Source: an uncultured virus (IMG/VR IMGVR_UViG_3300031555_002574) (Duplodnaviria; Heunggongvirae; Uroviricota; Caudoviricetes). Taken from it: DNA of 64,000 nt. Positions 47,788 to 58,070 of the stretch are shown piece by piece. The stretch lies in the IMG/VR virus record IMGVR_UViG_3300031555_002574. One strand, written 5' to 3'. A model generated the notes under the pieces. It worked only from the letters and a program-made list of their open reading frames with translations. It did not search any database and had not been told where the DNA came from. Each line of letters begins with the position of its first letter. Positions within the stretch are counted from its first letter, which is position 1. The position numbers were made by a program, and so were the translations under genes.

Positions 47788-48572
47788 TATATAAACACCA
47801 CCATTAGTTCCGATAGTTTTATTGATGAACCGTTAGGACAATCACCGAATATACGTACATCTAGCGCATACGGTATATCATCTTCTTTTAAAAATTTGTC
47901 ATTAGGTATTTTAAAGAACCCTTCAGATAATAAAGCGTCATTAGCTTTAAACCAATAAGGATTTGAATCTAATGCATTAAATGTTAAATAGCAACCCATA
48001 GTAGGAACACCTATTATTTCTGTAAGGTGTTTTAATTTAAATGAGCGAGGGTGAATAGATAACTCTATAGGAGCATCTAATTTAAAGTCTAATCCCATAC
48101 CAGGAACAGCTCGTATTGATCCTGGAATATGTAACCCATTAGTTATCGATAAATGATCAGCATTCATGAAGTTTTCTCTATATACCGTCTTCATAACTAA
48201 TCTTCTATCTAACATACCAGCTAATTCATAAACTAATGTAGCCATATCGTCACATAAAGCTTCATGAGTATTATGTATTTCCGTATTATTTTGTGTTATG
48301 ATACTACTATCTTTAAATAAATCTATAAATGATATATTTTTAAAGTTATTTTCATTGAAAGGACCAGTAGTCCCATCTTTAGCAACAACAAAAATTTCAG
48401 TCTTACCATTTACATTTACTAAAACTACATCTCCTTTATTGTATGATTTATTCACATCATACATTTCAGGCATTTTACCTCCGAATATTGTATTCAGTAC
48501 TAAGTTAAAACTATTAATAACTTCGTTGTTTACTATTTTCTTTACTAAGTTTAATTTAGCAGCCACTATATT
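47787..48572 (-). CDS. putative virion structural protein
   Basis: YDVNKSYNKGDVV motif resembles a carbohydrate-binding repeat; GGAGG overlaps a GTG start; lies in a late operon. Confidence 0.5.
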   Translation of the reverse strand, partial: NIVAAKLNLVKKIVNNEVINSFNLVLNTIFGGKMPEMYDVNKSYNKGDVVLVNVNGKTEIFVVAKDGTTGPFNENNFKNISFIDLFKDSSIITQNNTEIHNTHEALCDDMATLVYELAGMLDRRLVMKTVYRENFMNADHLSITNGLHIPGSIRAVPGMGLDFKLDAPIELSIHPRSFKLKHLTEIIGVPTMGCYLTFNALDSNPYWFKANDALLSEGFFKIPNDKFLKEDDIPYALDVRIFGDCPNGSSIKLSELMVVFI

Positions 48573-48578
48573 CACCTC

Positions 48579-49217
48579 CTATTGGTTTACAGTTACAAAA
48601 ATATTATGTACTAATACAGTTCTATCTATAGCATCTGGATTTATAACATCAGAACTTCTTTCTATAGATATACTTTGTATGTTAACATTTTTAACTTTTG
48701 TAAATCCACTGATATCTAATATAGAAAAGTTTATATTTCTTAAGCTTTTCTCAACAACTTCAGTTTTACCACCACCTACTAAAGTAATTTTAACTTTAGC
48801 ATCACTATTTACAATTTTAAATTCTCCGTTTTCGACTATATCGTACTCATCTAAATCAAGATTGATTAATATTTCTTTAACATTATCAGGTAATGTTATA
48901 GGTTCGTTACCTAATATATTAACCGAATAATCAACATGATTTGGAAGAACTAAATCATCGAAATCTATTTTATATATATTTCCGGTCATTCCAACTAATT
49001 CTGCTATTCTAACAGCATTATCTGTTGCTGATTTTGCACGATTTAAAATATCTGCAGATAAAACAACACCGTCTTTAGTTTTTATATAAAATTCTCCGCT
49101 ATATTTACCAGCTAAAATTTCTTCATTTATAGCTTCAGATTTTCTTTCTCTAGACAATACTGATATAGCAAATCTTTGGATTAATTCATTTAGCGTATTA
49201 GCGTCTAAATTACTCAT
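48579..49217 (-). CDS. putative virion structural protein
   Basis: AAGGAG RBS (MSNLDAN start); late-type promoter at 49250-49261. Confidence 0.55.
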   Translation of the reverse strand: MSNLDANTLNELIQRFAISVLSRERKSEAINEEILAGKYSGEFYIKTKDGVVLSADILNRAKSATDNAVRIAELVGMTGNIYKIDFDDLVLPNHVDYSVNILGNEPITLPDNVKEILINLDLDEYDIVENGEFKIVNSDAKVKITLVGGGKTEVVEKSLRNINFSILDISGFTKVKNVNIQSISIERSSDVINPDAIDRTVLVHNIFVTVNQ

Positions 49218-49302
49218 TGTTTTTTCTCCTTTCATTTGACAAATTTTATTAAATAATTGTTTTCTGGAGACATTTTTATACCCCCAGAAAACACTTTAAA
49301 TA

Positions 49303-52300
49303 TTATTTCTTATCAGGATTTATTTGAAGTTTATAAGGGCAATGCTTTTTACCTATACTATCAGGATTTAATTCAAAAATATTTTTATTATTTGATAATT
49401 CGCCAAATTTATCAATCATTTCTCTAGTAAGTTGAAGTTCATCGGGATTTATCATTCCAAATAAATTTACCAGATATTCATAGAATTCTTTTAATAAATA
49501 GTTTAATGGTACTACAGGAATTGGAACAACAGGTGGTTCTATATCCTGTAATTTATCATCGTTTTTAACAGCATTATTAAGATTATCCTGATATACTTTA
49601 TCTGATTCATATATTCTATCTAATATGTCGTTTACAGGTTTAACACCAAAATACTCTTCATCTCTAGAATTTTCTATTATTTCCAGCCAGCGTAAAGAAT
49701 CTGATTTTAATATTCTTATTTTATTAGCCGATATTATCTCAACATCTTTTTTAACTAATTTTCTACCATTTAAATAAATATCGTACCAATTAAAATCAAA
49801 TGGTTTATCTATTTTACCAGATAGATCTATAATTTGATCCCTAGGTATTGATTCTAAATAACAAACTTGTCTCATCATATAAGGCATACATTCAGAAACT
49901 AATTTATCACCAGGTTCACTTACGAAACCAGGATAAATTGTCATTTCAGTATATCTATTAGTATATTTATTTGCAAATTCAACCATACCTAAATGTCTAG
50001 GTACTAATAAACCGTTTCTATATAGTCTAAAGTATCTTTGATCACCTTTACTTATACCAAAAGATTGTATAGAGGTCATATTATCTGCAAGATCATCCAT
50101 TGAAAAAGATTTAATATTATGGTTCTTCTTAACCATAAGTGTCAACTCTTTATTAAGTAACGACTGGTCTATTAATCTTATTTTTATATTTTGTGTACAA
50201 GGTAAGAATATTTCACCAAGTTCCAATAAATCTAAACCACCATAACCTACAAAATCATCCTTAGGTATTTGGTCCGCATTTATAACATTAATTTTAACTA
50301 TTCCATTAACGATGTTGAATTCATAAACTAAACTCTTATCTTCTGCAGATCTTAATTTGTTTATTATGTTACCATATTCATTAGTTTTCTTAAATATTAA
50401 CCCATCTTCATCAACATCAAATTGATAGACAGCCCTTTCATTTTCATCTTCCGCTTTTAAATAATAAACATTACTTCCATCTTCAATATTTTCTTGTTTA
50501 ACAAAATCGATTTTATCGTTTTCTAATTCTTTTATATAATAGTAACCGTTATCAGTTTCTGATAAAATATAATCAAGTACAATATTCGTTTCATTATCTT
50601 CAAGATGAATATCTACTGGAAGAATTATTTGATATAAACTTGGATCTATAACTTCACCTGTAGATTCATCTATTATAAATAAATCATTATATAAAGTTTT
50701 ATTTCTAACAGCAAATTCTCCTAAATCTACATTTAATATATCTGATATTCTTTCAGATTTTATTTTATATTCTTTTAATACTGGAGTTAATTTTTCTATT
50801 TCTAATACAGTATCAGGTTTTACTAAATTACATGGTATGTATAAATAATCTAACATATCAGTTTTGAATACTTGTAAATCATGATATCTGATACCATCAA
50901 CATGAATTATTAATTGATCGTACATCCCTCTAAAGTCGTTTCTAAAAACGAACATATACATGTCTTGATCGAATTCATATGATTTTAATTTTGTATCAGC
51001 GTTATTTCTACGTATTCTGTTAGATAAATCTATTTTAGATACATCCACATAATAATAATTATTACATAAACCTAAATTACGTAAATATCTTCTAAAGTTA
51101 TTAACGTCCGCATGAATAAATTCTTTCATTTTATTTATTTTATATCTAAAATGATCTTCGCAACGTATATGATCAAATATAGCTATAATATCATTTTCTG
51201 TTCCGATTTTAATATGAGATTGACTTCCTTTATCATATACATACACAGTGTCATTACTCATTCTATTGTATATTATTTCACTATTTAACTGGTCATTTTC
51301 TATAAATATTTTATGACAGTTAAAATTAACGTCATCATAAATATACCATGCTGTAGGTATACTTTCATCGTATATAGCATCTACTTTTTCAGATTGTAAT
51401 TGATAATTAGAAACGGATATAAGATAAACTTCACCTTTTTCATTTTTAATATATACACCAGGTATATCTTCTGATAGATTTATATTTTTTTGATAATCTT
51501 TAATACTATATTCAACCATTTTAGGATTAAAATTTTTAATTAAATCTGGTATATCGTTATTTTTATATCGTTCTAAATAATCAGGTACATATTTATGATA
51601 TGATGCTAACATGTCTAGGTGTTTTAACTGGTTTAATTTATTTTCATAATAAAATACATATATAAATATATCTTTTTTATTTATTATATCATCAACACCT
51701 TCTATATGATATATATTAGGATAATGATGACGTATTTTCGCTTCATGTAAATAAATACCATCACTATCAACAACTAAACAGTTATCTATGGCTACAGGAT
51801 AGTCTTGCATAGGAATTTCAAACCAAGCATTACCTTTTTCATTATGTAATTTGAATAAAAGATTTCTTAAAGGTATTACTTGTAAATCTACCGCACTATT
51901 ATCAGGATATTTAGTTAATACATAGTCAATTGTACGTTCATTGACGTATAAACCTCCATCTTTCATCACAAATGACGTAGGGATAGATTCTATATTATTA
52001 ACGTGTGTTATATATGCTAGAGCATTATTATAATCAACACCATCATTTAAACCTATTACTCTTTCAGGTATTCCTGTAGTTTTATTTAGTGTTCTTAATC
52101 TGTAAGCATTAGTAGAAATAGATTTTATACCTGTATTAGGTATAATATACAATGTTACATTAACATTCTCCTCAATATAACGTTTCATTTCATCAATCGA
52201 AAATCCTTCATCGGTAGGTACTTCGCAGCAATTTAATATAATGTAAGTTTTATCTTCTTTACATAGTAGCTTTACACCCTTAGTATATAATCTACCTTCA

Positions 52301-52665
52301 ATGAATAATAAAAATGACGAGTCGAATAAATCAGGTCGTTTATTTATTTCGTTAAAACTTAACTCTTTTTCATATAATTTTGAACGTTTATACATTAAAC
52401 GCTTACCGACATTTATAAATTCATGTTCTATAAAGAATACCCAACGTCTAGGTAATAATACGGAATTATGATTAACGTTATTAGTTTTATATATTTCTTG
52501 CATTTTAAAATCAAAACGTTTATAACCCGTAGAATCTAATTGAAATTCTCTTAGATATTTATAAGCTGACATTTTGGATTCTTGTAGCGTATCTTCAACA
52601 ACACGTAAATTAAATGTGTTATTTTTATAGGCGTTGTATCTAAATTTATATCTTTCAGTATCCAT
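49303..52665 (-). CDS. large putative virion structural (baseplate/tail) protein
   Basis: 1120 aa beta-rich ORF with repeated YxNG motifs; late-type promoter at 52699-52710. Confidence 0.6.
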   Translation of the reverse strand: MDTERYKFRYNAYKNNTFNLRVVEDTLQESKMSAYKYLREFQLDSTGYKRFDFKMQEIYKTNNVNHNSVLLPRRWVFFIEHEFINVGKRLMYKRSKLYEKELSFNEINKRPDLFDSSFLLFIEGRLYTKGVKLLCKEDKTYIILNCCEVPTDEGFSIDEMKRYIEENVNVTLYIIPNTGIKSISTNAYRLRTLNKTTGIPERVIGLNDGVDYNNALAYITHVNNIESIPTSFVMKDGGLYVNERTIDYVLTKYPDNSAVDLQVIPLRNLLFKLHNEKGNAWFEIPMQDYPVAIDNCLVVDSDGIYLHEAKIRHHYPNIYHIEGVDDIINKKDIFIYVFYYENKLNQLKHLDMLASYHKYVPDYLERYKNNDIPDLIKNFNPKMVEYSIKDYQKNINLSEDIPGVYIKNEKGEVYLISVSNYQLQSEKVDAIYDESIPTAWYIYDDVNFNCHKIFIENDQLNSEIIYNRMSNDTVYVYDKGSQSHIKIGTENDIIAIFDHIRCEDHFRYKINKMKEFIHADVNNFRRYLRNLGLCNNYYYVDVSKIDLSNRIRRNNADTKLKSYEFDQDMYMFVFRNDFRGMYDQLIIHVDGIRYHDLQVFKTDMLDYLYIPCNLVKPDTVLEIEKLTPVLKEYKIKSERISDILNVDLGEFAVRNKTLYNDLFIIDESTGEVIDPSLYQIILPVDIHLEDNETNIVLDYILSETDNGYYYIKELENDKIDFVKQENIEDGSNVYYLKAEDENERAVYQFDVDEDGLIFKKTNEYGNIINKLRSAEDKSLVYEFNIVNGIVKINVINADQIPKDDFVGYGGLDLLELGEIFLPCTQNIKIRLIDQSLLNKELTLMVKKNHNIKSFSMDDLADNMTSIQSFGISKGDQRYFRLYRNGLLVPRHLGMVEFANKYTNRYTEMTIYPGFVSEPGDKLVSECMPYMMRQVCYLESIPRDQIIDLSGKIDKPFDFNWYDIYLNGRKLVKKDVEIISANKIRILKSDSLRWLEIIENSRDEEYFGVKPVNDILDRIYESDKVYQDNLNNAVKNDDKLQDIEPPVVPIPVVPLNYLLKEFYEYLVNLFGMINPDELQLTREMIDKFGELSNNKNIFELNPDSIGKKHCPYKLQINPDKK

Positions 52666-52781
52666 CGCTTATCCTCCTTTTCAATTTAAATCAATCCTTA
52701 ATAACTTGTTTTCCCTGATCTTATTAAAAAATATATTCAACATAACAAATTGATAGAAATAAAATATAGGAGGTAAATGCA

Positions 52782-53540
52782 ATGAAAAAAGATAAAAAAG
52801 AGGCTTTAAAAAATAAAATAGATGAAGTATTACAAGAGAAATTAGCTAAAATTAGAAATAGATTAGTTGAAGAAGAATTAGAAGAGGAAGAGGAAAAAGT
52901 AATAGAACCTTTTTTAATGTTAGATCCAGATGAAGTTGATTTGGAAGCATTAATTGAATATTGTAAAGAAGAAGGGTTAGAATTACATTTTATGGATGAA
53001 GTTGGTGAATTACATCAATTTGAAGATTTAAATGATGTTTTACATCCAGAAGCTTGCCCTTCAGAAGAACCTTATATAAATGAAGAAGAAATAGAATATA
53101 TACCAATAAATGAAGTCGAATTAAATGAAGAAGAACTACATGAATTGAATGAAGTTACAAAAGACATTGAGGCTATAGATGATTTATTAGCTATACCTTG
53201 TGAAGTAAATGGTAAAGCTGAAGTATTAGTTGATATGGTTAATTGTAATGTAAAACCTATTCCTTTATTAGGAATATATTTAATAGCACCAATTAATATT
53301 AAATTTGTAAAAGTAACATTAGATGCAGATATGCAATCGGACGAAGAGATCGAAATTGAATTCATATTTAAAAGTGGAGATCAACAGGTTATATTAAAAA
53401 TGGATTTACACACATTAGTAAATGCAGGATTAATATCGTTAGCTTGTATTGATGCTGATGAACCATTGAGAGTTTCACCAGCTGAGTTCAGAGGAATGAC
53501 TCTTCCTGCGGATATATCAGAAATAAATAAATTATTTTAA
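52782..53540 (+). CDS. very acidic hypothetical protein
   Basis: 252 aa Glu-rich ORF with GGAGG RBS and late-type promoter at 52744-52755. Confidence 0.65.
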   Translation: MKKDKKEALKNKIDEVLQEKLAKIRNRLVEEELEEEEEKVIEPFLMLDPDEVDLEALIEYCKEEGLELHFMDEVGELHQFEDLNDVLHPEACPSEEPYINEEEIEYIPINEVELNEEELHELNEVTKDIEAIDDLLAIPCEVNGKAEVLVDMVNCNVKPIPLLGIYLIAPINIKFVKVTLDADMQSDEEIEIEFIFKSGDQQVILKMDLHTLVNAGLISLACIDADEPLRVSPAEFRGMTLPADISEINKLF

Positions 53541-53555
53541 AAGGAGTGAATTGAT

Positions 53556-53765
53556 TTGTTTGAATTATTATTAATTGTTGTTTTTGCAGTAATATGGGGA
53601 TGGGCTGGTTATAAATTTGCAATGATGATGAATGAATATAGTCAAGCGAAAGTACATCCTAAAATATCTGCAGCTATAGGTGTTTTCTTAGGTGTTAAAG
53701 GATTAGCATTAGTATTATGTTATTATATCGTAATGGGAGTTATATTTAAATTAAAAAATAAATAA
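53556..53765 (+). CDS. small two-TM membrane protein
   Basis: TTG start with AAGGAG RBS; hydrophobic. Confidence 0.55.
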   Translation: MFELLLIVVFAVIWGWAGYKFAMMMNEYSQAKVHPKISAAIGVFLGVKGLALVLCYYIVMGVIFKLKNK

Positions 53766-53812
53766 TTAAATAATCTATCATATAACCAGTTGGTTATATG
53801 ATAGATTATTTG

Positions 53813-54181
53813 TTAATCTTCGTTATAGTATTCATCTAATCCCTCATTTATTTCTTTTTGAGCATTATTTTCATATTCGCGTATTTGTTTAGATTTCTTA
53901 GTTTCTGGTATAATATTATTCATAATATCATCTCTTAATTTTTTCAATTCACATAAATATTTTTTATTGTTAGTTAATCTTATTAGACTTTCAATAAAAT
54001 ATAGATCATTATTCTTTGGTAATTTATGTTTAGCTGCCAATTTACATAATGCTTTACCAGCCTGAACTGATTTAACATGTGAATGACATTCATAACTAGA
54101 CTTTGTATTAACAACAACAAAACCACCGTCTGTTGTTTTTCTAACTACAAATTGATCGTATCTATAAACATAGTTATTCAT
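53813..54181 (-). CDS. hypothetical protein
   Basis: 122 aa ORF with AAGGAG RBS; HSH motif. Confidence 0.6.
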   Translation of the reverse strand: MNNYVYRYDQFVVRKTTDGGFVVVNTKSSYECHSHVKSVQAGKALCKLAAKHKLPKNNDLYFIESLIRLTNNKKYLCELKKLRDDIMNNIIPETKKSKQIREYENNAQKEINEGLDEYYNED

Positions 54182-54248
54182 ACTAACTCTACTCCTTAAA
54201 ATATTTATGCAGGACGTTCTAGTGAACGTCCTTTATAATTTAATATTT

Positions 54249-55136
54249 TTATACTAATTTTACATAATCTCCAGATATAAATCCTTGTTTTCCGTTAAAA
54301 ATTACTCCAAACCAACCATTTAAACAATAACCTACAGTTACTACTTGGTCTTTTTTAAGTTGACCTAATATCGTATTATATTTAGCATCATTTGGTCTTC
54401 CTGCTCTTACATTTAAACTACTAGCAGTTACTTTAACTTTAGCATTATAAGTTCCATTTTTCCATGGTTTTCCTGTAGATGGAAGATTTACTGGTTGTGT
54501 AACTTCTTGTACAGGTTGTTTAACTGGTGCACTTGGTGCTTTATAAGCCACACCAAAATGTTCACATATTCCTTTTAATGTTGCTTCACATAATAAATCT
54601 CTTTTGTTTTTTAATAGAGCAACACCATCTTTGTTGCTATAGAATTCATATTCAATTAATATTGCAGGTGAATTTGTATTCTTAACAACATAAAAATTAT
54701 TTGATTTATGTCCTCTATTTTTAAATCCTTTATCTATAGCATATACATCTTTATATATAGCATTACAAACTTTTTTAGCTGCATCAGCTGATTTAGATGA
54801 ACATCCAACAGATGTGTAAACTTCTACACCTCTGGCAGTTGACCATCCTCCTGTACCGGCAGCGTTTGCGTGTAAACTAACATAAAGACAATTCTTTTTA
54901 CCTATTTTATTATAATATTTATTAGCTAAACTACATCTAGTTGCTAATGATACTTCAGCACCTTTTTCTGGAGTTGGGTTAACAAGATAAACTGTAAAGC
55001 CTAACTGTTCTAATCTAGCTTTTAGTTTATATTGCATATCATTATTGAATTCCCACTCCTTTAAACTGCTATCAGGTGAACGTTTCCCTGCAGTTACAGA
55101 CGCATGTCCTGCATCTAATATTATATAATTCGCCAT
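54249..55136 (-). CDS. N-acetylmuramoyl-L-alanine amidase endolysin (Amidase_3 plus SH3b)
   Basis: ILDAGH, catalytic E, VSLHANA, PAILIE; C-terminal LNVRAG...GW...GFISGDYV. Confidence 0.93.
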   Translation of the reverse strand: MANYIILDAGHASVTAGKRSPDSSLKEWEFNNDMQYKLKARLEQLGFTVYLVNPTPEKGAEVSLATRCSLANKYYNKIGKKNCLYVSLHANAAGTGGWSTARGVEVYTSVGCSSKSADAAKKVCNAIYKDVYAIDKGFKNRGHKSNNFYVVKNTNSPAILIEYEFYSNKDGVALLKNKRDLLCEATLKGICEHFGVAYKAPSAPVKQPVQEVTQPVNLPSTGKPWKNGTYNAKVKVTASSLNVRAGRPNDAKYNTILGQLKKDQVVTVGYCLNGWFGVIFNGKQGFISGDYVKLV

Positions 55137-55244
55137 TAATATCTACTCCCTTCAAATTTGACAATTGAATTTCTTATTCAATTTAATTAGTTGTTCCACC
55201 TCAACAAATATTTAATAAAACTAAAATAAGGAAGTGAAATTCTA

Positions 55245-55574
55245 ATGTATAAAATACGTTTGATAAGGGACAAACTTAAACGTAAAAAAATGAAATCACA
55301 TAGTAGAACAAGTAAATTCATAATAGTGTTTGTAATATTATCTTTATTTACTTATACTACTGCTGCAATTTGGTTACAATTAAGAATAGGAGTGGAAATA
55401 TCACCAACACTTACTACTTGCTTTTACGCATTTTGTACTGGAGAGCTTTGGTTACTTGCTTCTATTAAGAAGTCTAAAATTGCTAATGGGCAAAAATCTA
55501 GAGCGTATGATACTGAAATAGATAATTACAAAGGCGAGTCTACCGTCAATAATGATGAAGAACCTAAAGGATAA
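55245..55574 (+). CDS. putative holin
   Basis: Two TM segments and a charged tail; divergent from the endolysin. Confidence 0.55.
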   Translation: MYKIRLIRDKLKRKKMKSHSRTSKFIIVFVILSLFTYTTAAIWLQLRIGVEISPTLTTCFYAFCTGELWLLASIKKSKIANGQKSRAYDTEIDNYKGESTVNNDEEPKG

Positions 55575-55719
55575 AAAGAAAAGGACAATGTCCTTTTCTT
55601 TATTTTTTATATTGTAAATTGAATTTCTTTTGTTTTATAGTAAGGAGATTTTTTCAGAAAAAAACAATGTAATAAGTCAATAAATAACAGACTAATAATT
55701 TAATAAAGGAGTTGAATAT

Positions 55720-56733
55720 ATGAGTAAAAAATATAATGAAGAGAACTTATTAGGTATTCATTCATTACTTATTGGTGACGGAATACCTGAAAATAATCGA
55801 TACTATCGTAAAGGTTGTATAATTGTAAATGTAGGGGAAAAAAGAGAAACTGAACCTATATACATGTGTGTAGAAGATGGATACCCTGGTAAATGGATAG
55901 TTGTAGGTGCTGGAGGTGGATCTGGTGAAGGCGGTGTAGGACCTCAGGGACCTAAAGGTGATAAAGGAGAACAAGGTGAAGTTGGACCTAAAGGTGATAA
56001 AGGAGAACAAGGTGAAGTTGGACCTAAAGGTGATAAAGGAGAACAAGGTGAAGTTGGACCACAAGGACCTCAAGGTGAAAAAGGAGAACAAGGACCTAAA
56101 GGTGATAAAGGAGAACAAGGTGAAGTTGGACCTGCTGGTAAAGATGTTGATCCTGAAGTATTATTAGGAATAGAATCAAGATTAACTGAATTAGAACAAC
56201 CTAAACATTCTGTAACAGGATTACCTAAAGGTGCTGTTGTTGAGTATAAAGATAATGAAATAAGAATAATGTGTCCTAATAATGCTGAATTCAAACAACA
56301 AGAAGTTGGTGAAGGAGGAAGTCCTAACATATATTATATGGCTATGACTACTCAAGCTCCAGAAGGTGCTGTTGCTTTCAATGAGGGTGATAGAGGAGTT
56401 ATTGCTGAAAGAAACGTTTCACTAGAAGGTAAAAAATCAAAAACTATATGGTTAGCACTTGCTAGTCTAAGTGGTGGTGTATGGAATTACTATGGAAAAG
56501 GTTCTGCTGGAGCAAACTTAATAGGTTGGGATTATATAATAGAATGGTTAGATGCTGAAGGTAATATTATAGAAACTAACTCTATAAGAATAAATTTAAC
56601 AAATGAAAATTGTCATGGTGTAAGTTTATTTACTGCTGTTAAAGAATTATCTAAGATGTTTAAGTTCAATGCTAATGGTGAACTTGAAGTAACTATAGAT
56701 GGAATAACTAAAATATTTGTACCTAAAGAATAA
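55720..56733 (+). CDS. collagen-like tail/fibre-associated protein
   Basis: About 23 Gly-X-Y triplets (GPKGDKGEQGEV repeats). Confidence 0.75.
   Translation: MSKKYNEENLLGIHSLLIGDGIPENNRYYRKGCIIVNVGEKRETEPIYMCVEDGYPGKWIVVGAGGGSGEGGVGPQGPKGDKGEQGEVGPKGDKGEQGEVGPKGDKGEQGEVGPQGPQGEKGEQGPKGDKGEQGEVGPAGKDVDPEVLLGIESRLTELEQPKHSVTGLPKGAVVEYKDNEIRIMCPNNAEFKQQEVGEGGSPNIYYMAMTTQAPEGAVAFNEGDRGVIAERNVSLEGKKSKTIWLALASLSGGVWNYYGKGSAGANLIGWDYIIEWLDAEGNIIETNSIRINLTNENCHGVSLFTAVKELSKMFKFNANGELEVTIDGITKIFVPKE
55948..56133 (+). repeat. 36-bp tandem repeat encoding collagen triplets
   Basis: GGACCTAAAGGTGATAAAGGAGAACAAGGTGAAGTT three times in tandem, plus one degenerate copy and one further exact copy. Confidence 0.9.
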
Positions 56734-56864
56734 AAAAAACAAGTCAATAACCTTGAATATGAAAGGCGATGAACTTGCAAATAGATAATTGAAAATAATT
56801 ATAAGTAGAGTTACTAAAATATTCTGTCTAAAGAATAGACTAAACATAGAAAGGGAGTGTAAAT

Positions 56865-57173
56865 ATGCATGAGGAAAATATAAATGAATTAATAATAGAA
56901 CTTAAAGACTATATAGATCAAGTATTAGATAGTAATGAAATGGTTATGAATGATTCATTAAAAAATGCTATAGATCATATAAATACGTTAAGTTATACAC
57001 TGAACCAACGTTTAAATGAACTTGAAAACAATAAAGGTTCCGGAGGAAATGAAGAAATAGAAAATGGTATAACTGAAATAAATGTTAATATAGATATTTT
57101 AAACCAACGTTTAAATAATATAATAACAAATGAGGAAATTAATAACATTTTCACAGATATTTTTGAGGAATAA
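56865..57173 (+). CDS. coiled-coil hypothetical protein
   Basis: 102 aa with a duplicated LNQRLN; GGGAG RBS. Confidence 0.6.
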   Translation: MHEENINELIIELKDYIDQVLDSNEMVMNDSLKNAIDHINTLSYTLNQRLNELENNKGSGGNEEIENGITEINVNIDILNQRLNNIITNEEINNIFTDIFEE

Positions 57174-57300
57174 TCACATGTTGTAAGGTTCTTAAATAAA
57201 TTATATTTTAAGAATCTTACAACTTAAAACAATCATTTAAGTATATAAAATATACAATAAATTAATATAATTAATTACTAAAAGGTAGGTGATATTTGAA

Positions 57301-58050
57301 ATGTCTTCTTTAATAAATAAAGAAAAGCTGGAGTATGTAATTAGAAAATTAAAAGAAAAGTTTGTAACTCGTAAAGAGTTTATGAAGGTTACAGACGCTA
57401 TAGATACACCACCAACATATGTAAAACCATCATGTTCAATCACACTAAATGCGAGTCTATTAAAACATAATGTTTCGACAGCATTAACAATTAAACCTAA
57501 TTTTGTAAAAAATGATGCAGGAAATGTTGTGGAGTATATATTAAAAAAAGGAGAAGAAGAATTAGTTTCTTCTGCTACTTTATGTGATTATGTTGACACT
57601 GTTCAAATCGCACATAATAGCACTATAACATACAATATAACTATCAAATATGCTGATGGTGTTATAAAGCAGACATTATTAGGATTAGACTATCCTGAAA
57701 CAAGTATTAAAGCTGGTAGTGTAAATTCTAATAAATCAATAAAAGCTTACGCTAATAGCTATTATGGAGTTATAACAGGTAATTCAATAACTGAGGAAGA
57801 AGTAAAAAATTTAACTAGTAGTACTAATACTAGTAAATCATATACAGCTACATTTAATTTAACAAATCAAAGATCTGTATTTTTATACCCTGCTAGTTTT
57901 GGTATATTAAGTACTATAAAAGATGCTAACAACTTCGATTATATAAACAGTTATACCAGATCAGAAATGGTTATAGATGGCGTAGATTACTATGTTTATA
58001 TATTAACAGATCCTGTTACAATTAGTAATTTTAAACAAATTTTTAATTAA
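57301..58050 (+). CDS. putative tail-fibre-associated beta-rich protein
   Basis: TYVKPS...YYG...FLYPASFG...YYVY pattern typical of phage tail accessory proteins; late-type promoter at 57228-57239. Confidence 0.55.
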   Translation: MSSLINKEKLEYVIRKLKEKFVTRKEFMKVTDAIDTPPTYVKPSCSITLNASLLKHNVSTALTIKPNFVKNDAGNVVEYILKKGEEELVSSATLCDYVDTVQIAHNSTITYNITIKYADGVIKQTLLGLDYPETSIKAGSVNSNKSIKAYANSYYGVITGNSITEEEVKNLTSSTNTSKSYTATFNLTNQRSVFLYPASFGILSTIKDANNFDYINSYTRSEMVIDGVDYYVYILTDPVTISNFKQIFN

Positions 58051-58070
58051 AAAGAAGAGGTGGAAAAATT

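Noticed and set aside
55948..56133. 36-bp direct repeats as a CRISPR array
   Set aside because: The repeats are mostly contiguous without unique spacers and encode in-frame collagen triplets
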